A stretch of DNA of 14,474 bases, taken from a virus (Duplodnaviria > Heunggongvirae > Uroviricota > Caudoviricetes). Both the position numbers and the translations under genes were made by a program. The DNA is taken from IMG/VR virus record IMGVR_UViG_3300034072_000647; one strand, given 5' to 3'. Below are positions 1 through 7,531 of this stretch, one piece after another (position 1 is the stretch's first letter; each line of letters begins with the position of its first letter). A model generated the notes under the pieces. The model was not told where the DNA came from and made no database searches. It saw nothing but the letters and a program-made list of their open reading frames with translations.

Positions 1-369
1 ATACCTAGCTGCTATAGATTGCTGACTTTCGCCCTTAGAATAGGACAATCTTATATCTATAACATCCCTCTCCGTAAACTTTGCTTTACCGTTTTTCTCG
101 CCAGATCTGTCAGGCTCATTATAGGGGAAACAACCTCCAGGGTGTACATTTAAAGAGGCTTTATACTTATTTATATATTCCGCTTCTTTAGCATATATAA
201 AACCTTTTTCACCTGTTAGCAATATCTCTATTTTGAGACCTTTTTCTCCTTTTAACTTAAAATTTCCTGACCCATAATAGTGCTCTTTAAGCCGTCTGTC
301 GGGGTTATTAGTTACCCCGACATATTGCTCACCATCCAATCTAGTTATTAGATATAGATAGTGCGTCAT
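1..369 (-). CDS. GIY-YIG homing endonuclease (Seg-like, free-standing), 3' end outside window
   Basis: Hand translation from ATG at 369 (overlaps the D11 stop as TAATG) is open to position 1: MTHYLYLITRLDGEQYVGVTNNPDRRLKEHYYGSG...KEAEYINKYKASLNVHPGG...GEKNGKAKFTERDVIDIRLSYSKGESQQSIAARY. It has LY..YVG, RR..EH, E..YI and LN...GG GIY-YIG motifs, then a NUMOD/HTH-like DNA-binding segment. AT-rich (about 33% GC over 121-240). Confidence 0.82.
   Translation of the reverse strand, partial: MTHYLYLITRLDGEQYVGVTNNPDRRLKEHYYGSGNFKLKGEKGLKIEILLTGEKGFIYAKEAEYINKYKASLNVHPGGCFPYNEPDRSGEKNGKAKFTERDVIDIRLSYSKGESQQSIAARY
297..322 (-). other. Inverted repeat / RNA hairpin inside the endonuclease gene
   Basis: TGTCGGGGT (297-305) and ACCCCGACA (314-322) form a perfect 9-bp stem with an 8-nt loop; no U-tract follows on the minus strand. 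Confidence 0.6.
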
Positions 370-995
370 TAATCAACCTTGAATTCCTCATCGACACTTT
401 CGTCAATGTTCTCGCTAGAGCCCTGCTTCAGCTTGTCAAGCAGTTCCTTTTGCTGAGCAGGCGTAGGGCGAGGAAGCACCACATCCATGCTCTTAAGGTC
501 TGCGATAAGCTCGCGCTCTTCATCCGTCAGCGGACGGTTCTTAAGCTGACGAGCCTTCAGAGCGTACTCGACGTTAATAGGAAGGGGTCCGGTCTTCTTC
601 TTCTCGAATACAATGTCCCAACCTTCCTCGGTATCCGTTGGATCACCAAGTTCCTTGGCCTCGTCAAGAATAGCGCCAAGCAGCTTCTTCTTATGATTGA
701 ACAGCTCAAGCTTTCCATCAGCGATACACTGAGAAGCATATGCCCAGCTGCACTTCAGGTCTGGGTAATATTCCTTGACCCAATCCTTTTCCTTATTGTC
801 AAACTTTTCAGTTTCACGATTGAACGCAAGACACTCGAACGGAATAGGCTTACCATTCTCGCCCTTAATCCAGTAGACGTAGCGAGCGACAAGATCACCT
901 ACCAGACGGACGGAATTAACGCCATCCTTAATCTTATAGGAATCCGCACGATCCTTAACTGCCTGACCTGCTGCGTCACCAAACTTCAATGCCAT
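369..995 (-). CDS. D11: T5 D11-like protein (putative ssDNA-binding replication/recombination protein)
   Basis: RYVYW..GENGK..PFECL.FNR segment resembles T5 D11; acidic C-terminal tail (DESVDEEFKVD); AGGAG RBS; lies two genes after the D10 helicase as in T5. Confidence 0.8.
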   Translation of the reverse strand: MALKFGDAAGQAVKDRADSYKIKDGVNSVRLVGDLVARYVYWIKGENGKPIPFECLAFNRETEKFDNKEKDWVKEYYPDLKCSWAYASQCIADGKLELFNHKKKLLGAILDEAKELGDPTDTEEGWDIVFEKKKTGPLPINVEYALKARQLKNRPLTDEERELIADLKSMDVVLPRPTPAQQKELLDKLKQGSSENIDESVDEEFKVD

Positions 996-1396
996 AAATT
1001 ATTTCTCCTTTTGATACTTTCTTCGTAATAGAAATAAACTCTTCCATCACGAATACGTAATAAGCTGTTTTGATTAATATTGTCTTCACTTATAGGACTG
1101 TGAAGAAGCTCTAAACTGGCATCTTTAGTAGCTCTATAATAAGCGTAATTTCTAAAGGATGCAAGGGCGATGTATTGCGCTATTTCTTTAGGTGAATACC
1201 TAAAGCTATTAGTAGATAACGAAACTGGATCAAGCAAGAAACTATCTCCAGAAAAGTCAGTGTAATAATAGTTATAAATTGGATCAAACCGATCTTTTGG
1301 TAAGGATGTACTAATGATAGCTTTTAGAGCCAGTACTATCCTTTTCGAGCTTCCTCCGGTCTTTCTATATATTCTTCGCCATGAATATCTGATCAT
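986..1396 (-). CDS. Conserved T5-like hypothetical protein between D10 and D11 (136 aa)
   Basis: MIRYSWRRIYRKTGG...GDSFLLDP...EIAQYIALASFRNY. The ORF-track start at 1423 is a TTG that is the -35 box of a promoter; the ATG at 1396 is the more plausible start. Position matches the T5 gene between D10 and D11. Confidence 0.7.
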   Translation of the reverse strand: MIRYSWRRIYRKTGGSSKRIVLALKAIISTSLPKDRFDPIYNYYYTDFSGDSFLLDPVSLSTNSFRYSPKEIAQYIALASFRNYAYYRATKDASLELLHSPISEDNINQNSLLRIRDGRVYFYYEESIKRRNNLWH

Positions 1397-1423
1397 TATA
1401 TCTACTTTTACCCTAAAAGTCAA
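1395..1423 (-). promoter_or_regulatory. Sigma70-type promoter
   Basis: TTGACT (1423-1418), 17 nt, TATAAT (1400-1395); A-rich upstream tract AAAATAGTTC; lies just after the D10 stop. Confidence 0.85.
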
Positions 1424-1431
1424 GAACTATT

Positions 1432-2703
1432 TTATATATGGATAATTTCGTATTCTTGTTCCATATAATGCCCAAGCCTAGTCATAAACTGCCTGTCGCC
1501 GGTATATCCGGCAAGTCTTATATCTACGATAATTGGCTGCTGCTTTCCTGGGCAAAGTCTGACCACTCGTCCAATTAACTGTTCTAATAAAGGAACATTA
1601 TTAACAGGTGCTCCAAGTATGAGACAGCTAAGTGGGTCATAAGATATACCTTCAGAGAAAATATTCTGAGTACCGCAAAGTGCTTTGGCCTCTCCAGTGT
1701 TTAACTTATTAAACTCTGGCTCTCTGTCTTTTGTTTCGCCAACAATAAGTGCGGAGTTCGTCGCTGACGCGACGTGTTTAAGCATGCTTACTCTATCAGA
1801 AACCGCCAAAACTATATGCTGATCGCGAACATACTTATTTATTAAGGCCGATATCAGGTTTCTATACTCGCTAGACTCCTGTAGAATTGTTACTCTATCA
1901 GCCCAAGTAAGGTTGCCTCCGCTAGGTAGATTAATACCAGAGTTAATTACATGAACTTTAGGCTTCATATAATTCTCTCTAGGAGGTTGATACAGTTTGT
2001 TGCCAAAATAGTCTCTAAAGACTACATGCTTACCGTCTTTCCTCTCGATAGTGCCCGATAAACCAATCTTATATCTAGCATAGGATCTGTCCATGACCTT
2101 AGAAAAGGTAGGGCTGGATACGTGGTGCATTTCGTCTAAAATGACCGTACCAAACTCTTTACATAGTTTATCCATGCGCGTGTAAAGACTTTGGACATTT
2201 CCTATCGTTATCGGCGCAGAGTAATTTTCTTTTCCTCCGCCTATGATACCTGGTTCAAATCCGTATACCTTTGTAACTTCTTTCGCCCATTGGTTCATTA
2301 GCGGAATAGTATGTACGACTACTAGTGTTTTCTGACCTAATTTACCGGCTATAGCCATGCCCGTAAAGGTCTTGCCCCAACTAACCTTAGCATTTATTAA
2401 CGCATTGTCATCAATATCGTCATACACAGCTTGCTGGGACTCTCTCAGCGAGAATTTAAACTCAGGAAAATTCACTGGGCTTAATATACGCTTATCTACA
2501 ATATCATAATTGGAAGGTATTAGATCTACTCTTCCGATAGGAATAGTTAGAATACCCTTCCTAAAAGTTCCGTAGTTCCTGATTATGATTGGATTTGTAG
2601 GATCAGCATATGAAGGAATTTCATATGTTAATTCATTTTTCAAATATTCCTCATAATCAGGAGCTACTTCTAAGTAGATCCTATTAGATAGGACTGCTTT
2701 CAT
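1432..2703 (-). CDS. D10: Superfamily 2 DNA helicase, T5 D10-like
   Basis: Q motif LRESQ, Walker A variant SWGKT, DEMH box, motif III LSGT, motif VI EQLIGRVVR; N-terminus MKAVLSNRIY resembles D10; synteny with T5. Confidence 0.88.
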   Translation of the reverse strand: MKAVLSNRIYLEVAPDYEEYLKNELTYEIPSYADPTNPIIIRNYGTFRKGILTIPIGRVDLIPSNYDIVDKRILSPVNFPEFKFSLRESQQAVYDDIDDNALINAKVSWGKTFTGMAIAGKLGQKTLVVVHTIPLMNQWAKEVTKVYGFEPGIIGGGKENYSAPITIGNVQSLYTRMDKLCKEFGTVILDEMHHVSSPTFSKVMDRSYARYKIGLSGTIERKDGKHVVFRDYFGNKLYQPPRENYMKPKVHVINSGINLPSGGNLTWADRVTILQESSEYRNLISALINKYVRDQHIVLAVSDRVSMLKHVASATNSALIVGETKDREPEFNKLNTGEAKALCGTQNIFSEGISYDPLSCLILGAPVNNVPLLEQLIGRVVRLCPGKQQPIIVDIRLAGYTGDRQFMTRLGHYMEQEYEIIHI

Positions 2704-3407
2704 ATGATTTGTTTGTTACCATGTACATGATATTTTGTTACTAAATAATTCTTAACGAACTCACTACGTACGATATCGTCTGTAGTAAAATGAATAAAAT
2801 CGAAATCCTTCATCGCTTTCAGAACATCTAGGAACGGTAGAATACCTGTGTCCTTCAAGTCTGACTGGAAATAGTCTCCGCAGAAAACGATCTTAGAGTT
2901 TTCACCGACTCGTGTAATAACCGAGTCCAGCTCATGATAGGTCATATTCTGACATTCGTCAACAATAATGTACGCATCACGAAGGGTAGTACCTCGAATA
3001 AATGAGGTAGGCATGAAGTGCACGATTCCTTTTAACTTTAGAATATCGTACGCGTCTCCGCGCTCGAATAGCTCAGAAGCTATATCTCTATAAGCGGCTT
3101 CGTATACTTCAACTTTCTCTTTTTCGGTTCCTGGTAGATATCCCATCTTTCTGGTTTCTACGTTACTGCGAATAATAACAAGTCGAGAATGTTCTTCTCT
3201 ATTTATAACCGAATCCAAGCCTCTGTACATAGATAAGAAAGTCTTACCTGTACCAGCCGAACCGTCTAAAACCATGTTATTTGAGGAACGAAAAGCTACT
3301 TCTTGAGTATCTGTTAGAGGGTCAACTCTAACCAATTCTCCAAGACCGAGACTCTGTTTTTTATTACCCGGTGTTCTTCTAGCTTTTCTGGTCGCTTTAT
3401 CTCTCAT
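2700..3407 (-). CDS. phoH: PhoH-family ATPase (235 aa)
   Basis: GSAGTGKTF, MGYLPG, F.RG.TL..AYIIVDECQN, TRVGENSK....GD..QSD, DIVRS motifs. Start moved to ATG 3407, preceded by TAAGGA. Confidence 0.92.
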   Translation of the reverse strand: MRDKATRKARRTPGNKKQSLGLGELVRVDPLTDTQEVAFRSSNNMVLDGSAGTGKTFLSMYRGLDSVINREEHSRLVIIRSNVETRKMGYLPGTEKEKVEVYEAAYRDIASELFERGDAYDILKLKGIVHFMPTSFIRGTTLRDAYIIVDECQNMTYHELDSVITRVGENSKIVFCGDYFQSDLKDTGILPFLDVLKAMKDFDFIHFTTDDIVRSEFVKNYLVTKYHVHGNKQII

Positions 3408-3423
3408 TATAGTCCTTAAGGGA

Positions 3424-3918
3424 TTATACCCTTCTGTAAGTACTCTTGACTTCAAGAGTAGCATAGTCGTATATGAGCCAAGGGGCGTCACCCATATGTA
3501 GGAGTCTAGCCCACTTGTACTCAGGTAAGGGCGGACGTTCTATGGTGAACGGAAATGGGACTCCTTCGAGCCACAATATAGAGGCTACATCTTTAGCATC
3601 AATTCTTTTAATTCGGTAAGACTTCAACTTGACGTTCTGTGTCTTCTGGTAGATGAATGCGTAGCCTCTAGAGTCAATAAAGTACTTGTGTTTGCACTTT
3701 ATCAAATCTGGTAATGATGTAATAGCTTTTCTAAGAGGGAACAAGTCTCTCCTACCACATTGAACCCTTCGTATGCCTAGAGTTTTCCCAGGCATATTGG
3801 TCTCGTCCAGAACCTGTTGTTCTAGAAAGAGAACCCCGTCGGCATAATACCAATCGCTAGAGGGGAGAATGTAAACTGGAAACTTGATCTTTGGCAGATC
3901 CTTGTATGTCCTCAACAC
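3424..3918 (-). CDS. Conserved T5-like hypothetical protein downstream of DNA polymerase (164 aa, GTG start)
   Basis: IKFPVY...DGVLF...LD.TNMPGKTLGIRRVQ...FIDSRG...IY.KT pattern resembles the T5 gene between pol and D10; synteny. Confidence 0.7.
   Translation of the reverse strand: MLRTYKDLPKIKFPVYILPSSDWYYADGVLFLEQQVLDETNMPGKTLGIRRVQCGRRDLFPLRKAITSLPDLIKCKHKYFIDSRGYAFIYQKTQNVKLKSYRIKRIDAKDVASILWLEGVPFPFTIERPPLPEYKWARLLHMGDAPWLIYDYATLEVKSTYRRV
3441..3460. repeat. 20-bp near-perfect palindrome
   Basis: TACTCTTGA-CT-TCAAGAGTA (9-bp arms, 2-nt centre), 34-53 nt upstream of the phoH start. Confidence 0.6.
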
Positions 3919-4420
3919 ATTGAAAAGCTATGCCAAATCTGGGATAAGGCGCTTCGCGAGATACCGGCCTCGCTCCGTGAAGCATATCGCCTCTAAATAT
4001 AATAAACTTACCGGGAGTTGCAGCAAACGCTTTAACTATCTCGTTGTCTTCCACGAGGACGGTATCTCCGCCCCAGTTAAGATCCCAGTAATCATTCATG
4101 TAGATCATAGCGGTCCAGCTAGGCTTATCCGTATCTTTATGTAGCCAGCTGCTATCACCATGATTGTATAGATTCATAATAACTCTATCTGGCTTGATAT
4201 TAAATCCATCCTGTTTAAAGGAAAAATTCATACAATCCCATATAGTTTTTATCAACCCTCCGAACTCAGGGTAAGCCGCCCAGTGCCTAAAAGGCTCTTT
4301 AGCGGCTCCCGCCCAACCCACATGCTGCCACGGGGTGTCAGCCATGAGTTGGGCGTACCAAGTACGAAGTGTATTATGAGGAATTTCCCCTATATACTCT
4401 TTATACTTCTCGTTCTGCAT
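3857..4420 (-). CDS. 2-oxoglutarate/Fe(II)-dependent oxygenase (prolyl-4-hydroxylase-like, 187 aa)
   Basis: HxD (LHKD), distal His (LHGARPVS), 2OG-binding Arg (RFGIAF), WGGDT turn, N.Y..GD motif. ATG at 4420 preferred over the ORF-track start at 4516, which lies deep in pol. Confidence 0.85.
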   Translation of the reverse strand: MQNEKYKEYIGEIPHNTLRTWYAQLMADTPWQHVGWAGAAKEPFRHWAAYPEFGGLIKTIWDCMNFSFKQDGFNIKPDRVIMNLYNHGDSSWLHKDTDKPSWTAMIYMNDYWDLNWGGDTVLVEDNEIVKAFAATPGKFIIFRGDMLHGARPVSREAPYPRFGIAFQCVEDIQGSAKDQVSSLHSPL

Positions 4421-6695
4421 CCCACTCTGCCTCGTACTTTTCGTACTTACCAAAGGAATAGTCGTCGCCAATTTCAAAGTCACAACCGATAGGACAACCT
4501 GGGATAGATACCCCACGATCCTTTTCGATGAACTCCTTAAGAGCAGTTACGTATTCGTCGACCTCATCCTCCGGTACTTCAGCTAGGATAGAGTCATGAA
4601 CTAGAGCGAAGATACGAGCCTTGGAACCTCTCTCAAGAATCCAGTGACGCATATCAATAGCACCTAGAACGTTAACGTCCGACGCCGTAGACTGAACTAA
4701 GAAGTTAATACCAGAACGAACAGTGTGACCTTGAATACCACGATCACTAGAGTGAACGTTTGGCAAACGACGCTTACGGCCGAAGTGGCTATAACAATAA
4801 CCATTGGCAGCAATGAACTTCTTGTTTTCGTCGATCCACCTACGCAGGGAGCTGAACTCCTTAAAGTAGCCCGTAATATATTCCTGCGCCTGCTCGGTAG
4901 AGCAATACTGACCAGAGTCTTTGGTAATCTGCGCAGCGATCTTTGGAGGACCGGCCTGATACATAATACCGAAGGTAATAGCCTTAGCAGCCTGACGAAG
5001 TAGTGGGTATTTGACTTTTACGTCTTCAACAGGACAATCAAGCTTAAATACCATCTTAGCAATGGTAGAGTGGAAGTCGCCCTTTTTACGGAAAACGTCC
5101 ATAAGCTTTTTATCTTTAGACAACACCGCGGCTACGTAAACTTCCGCGGTGGTCAAGTCCATAGAAACAATCTTATACCCAGGACGTGCCTTAATGGCTC
5201 CCTTAACTACTGGATTGTCTCGCGGAAGCTGCTGCATATTCATCTTACCAGAAGACGACAGACGCCCAGAGGTAGTAGAGTGCAGATTGAAGCCGGTACG
5301 AAGCCTAGAATCTCTATCCAACTGAGGGATAATTTTATCTAGATAGGTGTTCTTAATCTTGGACTTTTTACGAATATCAAGAATAAGACCTGGTACTTCA
5401 CTTTGTTCAGATAGCTCTTTCAGAACTTCAGCATCTGTAGAGTCAGCGTCTGTCGCTGTCTTCTTGCCTGTAGGTTTAAGTCCGATAAAATCGAACAAGA
5501 GCTTTCGAAGCTGCTGAGTGCTGTTGGGGTTAAATTCCTTCCCCTGTGCTTCTTCAAACTGACGAATGATCGGATTTTCATATAGCTTAGCTACTGCCGC
5601 ATCAATGTCAGACTGCATCATAAGCTGAGCTTTTAACAGTCGCTGCTTATCAAAAGGAACCCCATTATCCTGAATATATTCTAGGAATGTGCTTCCAGGA
5701 ATGAGGATATTATCGTAAACCCACAAAAGCTTGGGGTTTTTCATAATTGCAGGCTTGAACTTGATGTACAGCATAAAGGTAACTACGGAGTCAATTGCCG
5801 CGTATACCTTAATAATATCAAAAGGAATAAGATCAAAAGTAAAGTCATCTTTTAAGATTCCATGCTTCTTTCTATACTCCTCAATGAAGTCGTACATTGG
5901 CTTTTCGTAGTCGCCGTACTGAGTATATTTAAGAGCTAGCTGCTTAAGACCGTGATTACCAGGATTTTCATCCAGAAGGTAGTGCAGAAGCATCGTATCT
6001 TCGTAGTTAGGGAACTCCCAGCCAAAGTGGAAACTTAAGAACGCTCGGTCGAACTTAGCATTATGAAAAACTACCGTCTTCTTATACCAAAGCTCCTGCA
6101 GCATTGCACTAACCGTATCCGTGATACAATCGCTAGCAATGTATGCACCATAGTCCTTACGATAACAAAGACTAATACCTAGAACGTAACCGTTTCTCAC
6201 CCAAAGAGCTGTAGTTTCAGAGTCGAGTGCTACGAAAGGGTTGGGGCTGTCCAGAGCTTCCTGAACGTATTTAATAGCCTCGGCTTCGTCAGTAATACCA
6301 AAGAAACGACTATCATCGTAATGATCTACTGCTTCTGTTTGCCCAGTTACATAAGCCGTGAGGCTTTTTCTAGACTCTTGCCATAGTCTTTCAGCTTCTG
6401 GCTTAAAACTTAGCATAGCTGGGTTGATAATAGGAATAAACTTCTTATCTACAACTTTACCACTGTATTCAGTGACGGATGAGTTCTTCGTGAAATACTT
6501 AAAAGCATCCGACCCGACCAGAATAATCCAGTCATAATCGTCTACGTCAATCTCAATGTCCACATCCTTTTTTAGTACTTTTTTAATGGATGCATCTGAA
6601 CACAGAGCAAATCTATCGAATTCGAAGGCGTTCTCAAACGCAGAATTAAAGTTGGTTCTACTAGGCTTTGTCTCAACTAGAGCGATTCTAGCCAT
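4401..6695 (-). CDS. pol: Family A DNA polymerase, T5-like, with N-terminal UDG-like domain and 3'-5' exonuclease
   Basis: Exo I LDSET, Exo II FHNAKFD, Exo III YAAID; TTSGRLSSS, NMQQLPR, motif A DLTTAE, motif B RQAAKAITFGIMY, motif C LVHDS. The N-terminal IILVGSDAF...PIINPA pattern fits a UDG-like fold. AGGAG RBS. Confidence 0.96.
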   Translation of the reverse strand: MARIALVETKPSRTNFNSAFENAFEFDRFALCSDASIKKVLKKDVDIEIDVDDYDWIILVGSDAFKYFTKNSSVTEYSGKVVDKKFIPIINPAMLSFKPEAERLWQESRKSLTAYVTGQTEAVDHYDDSRFFGITDEAEAIKYVQEALDSPNPFVALDSETTALWVRNGYVLGISLCYRKDYGAYIASDCITDTVSAMLQELWYKKTVVFHNAKFDRAFLSFHFGWEFPNYEDTMLLHYLLDENPGNHGLKQLALKYTQYGDYEKPMYDFIEEYRKKHGILKDDFTFDLIPFDIIKVYAAIDSVVTFMLYIKFKPAIMKNPKLLWVYDNILIPGSTFLEYIQDNGVPFDKQRLLKAQLMMQSDIDAAVAKLYENPIIRQFEEAQGKEFNPNSTQQLRKLLFDFIGLKPTGKKTATDADSTDAEVLKELSEQSEVPGLILDIRKKSKIKNTYLDKIIPQLDRDSRLRTGFNLHSTTSGRLSSSGKMNMQQLPRDNPVVKGAIKARPGYKIVSMDLTTAEVYVAAVLSKDKKLMDVFRKKGDFHSTIAKMVFKLDCPVEDVKVKYPLLRQAAKAITFGIMYQAGPPKIAAQITKDSGQYCSTEQAQEYITGYFKEFSSLRRWIDENKKFIAANGYCYSHFGRKRRLPNVHSSDRGIQGHTVRSGINFLVQSTASDVNVLGAIDMRHWILERGSKARIFALVHDSILAEVPEDEVDEYVTALKEFIEKDRGVSIPGCPIGCDFEIGDDYSFGKYEKYEAEWDAEREV

Positions 6696-7521
6696 ACAAT
6701 TTCTCCTTTAATTTGATCACTTTAGAGGCTGTCAACTCACCTGGATCTGTGTTATTTAATGTGATAGTTCTTGTATCAAGTTCAATGGACTCCGCTAGAC
6801 TTTTGACTTTCTCCGCAGCGGATGCACCAGCTTCGTCTCCATCAAATAGAATATCAATACCACTAACACCTTGAATTTTTAGAATTTGCAGCTTTTCTTT
6901 AGTTACTTTCTGCGTACCAAAAGCGCATACTGCGTTAGTTAACCCTTTGTCATGCAAGTTAAGCATGTCAAAGATGCCTTCTACAAGAATTACTCGTCCC
7001 TGTATCGGCACAATCTTACCTGGAAATAAGCCAAACTTAGCTCCGGTAGGATGGATCAGATATTTAGGGTTTTTATCGGGTGACATTGCACGCCCGTTAA
7101 ATCCAACAATTTTACCTGCCAGACTTTTTATAGGAAATACAACTCGTCCAATAAAGTTAGCATCGCTGTGCTCAAACGCCCCAAATTTCTTATATGTTTC
7201 AGCTTTAATACCTCTCCACTCTCTATCAAACTCTACTGCGTTCTTAGGCATATTAAGTCCGATATTTTCTGCTAACTTATTTTGTATTTTATTACGAAGT
7301 AAGTCTCGCTTCTGTTGTAGAAAGTTAGGTTTTTCGCCAAAGTAGGAGAAAATATTGCCCTTGAACCCGCAGGAAAAGCATCCAAAGATACCAGTAAGTT
7401 TATCAATTCTCATTGACGGATTACTATCGTCGTGGTCCGGGTTCAAACAACGAACGATAAAGTCAGCCCCTTTAGCTTGGAAGTCCACTTTTTTAGCTGC
7501 TAACAGCTCTTCTACATTCAT
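6688..7521 (-). CDS. pri: DNA primase (zinc finger + TOPRIM)
   Basis: CLNPDH...CFSCG zinc-binding motif; R..FPI, GFNGR, KY; TOPRIM LVEGIFD and FDGDEAG; AAGGAG RBS. Confidence 0.93.
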   Translation of the reverse strand: MNVEELLAAKKVDFQAKGADFIVRCLNPDHDDSNPSMRIDKLTGIFGCFSCGFKGNIFSYFGEKPNFLQQKRDLLRNKIQNKLAENIGLNMPKNAVEFDREWRGIKAETYKKFGAFEHSDANFIGRVVFPIKSLAGKIVGFNGRAMSPDKNPKYLIHPTGAKFGLFPGKIVPIQGRVILVEGIFDMLNLHDKGLTNAVCAFGTQKVTKEKLQILKIQGVSGIDILFDGDEAGASAAEKVKSLAESIELDTRTITLNNTDPGELTASKVIKLKEKLYG

Positions 7522-7531
7522 AGATTACTCC

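Noticed and set aside
450-1028. 192-aa plus-strand ORF
   Set aside because: Antisense shadow of D11; no motif or RBS.
3446-3475. Antisense sigma70 promoter on the plus strand
   Set aside because: TTGACT is present but the best -10 candidates (GTATAT, TATATG) lack the conserved pattern.
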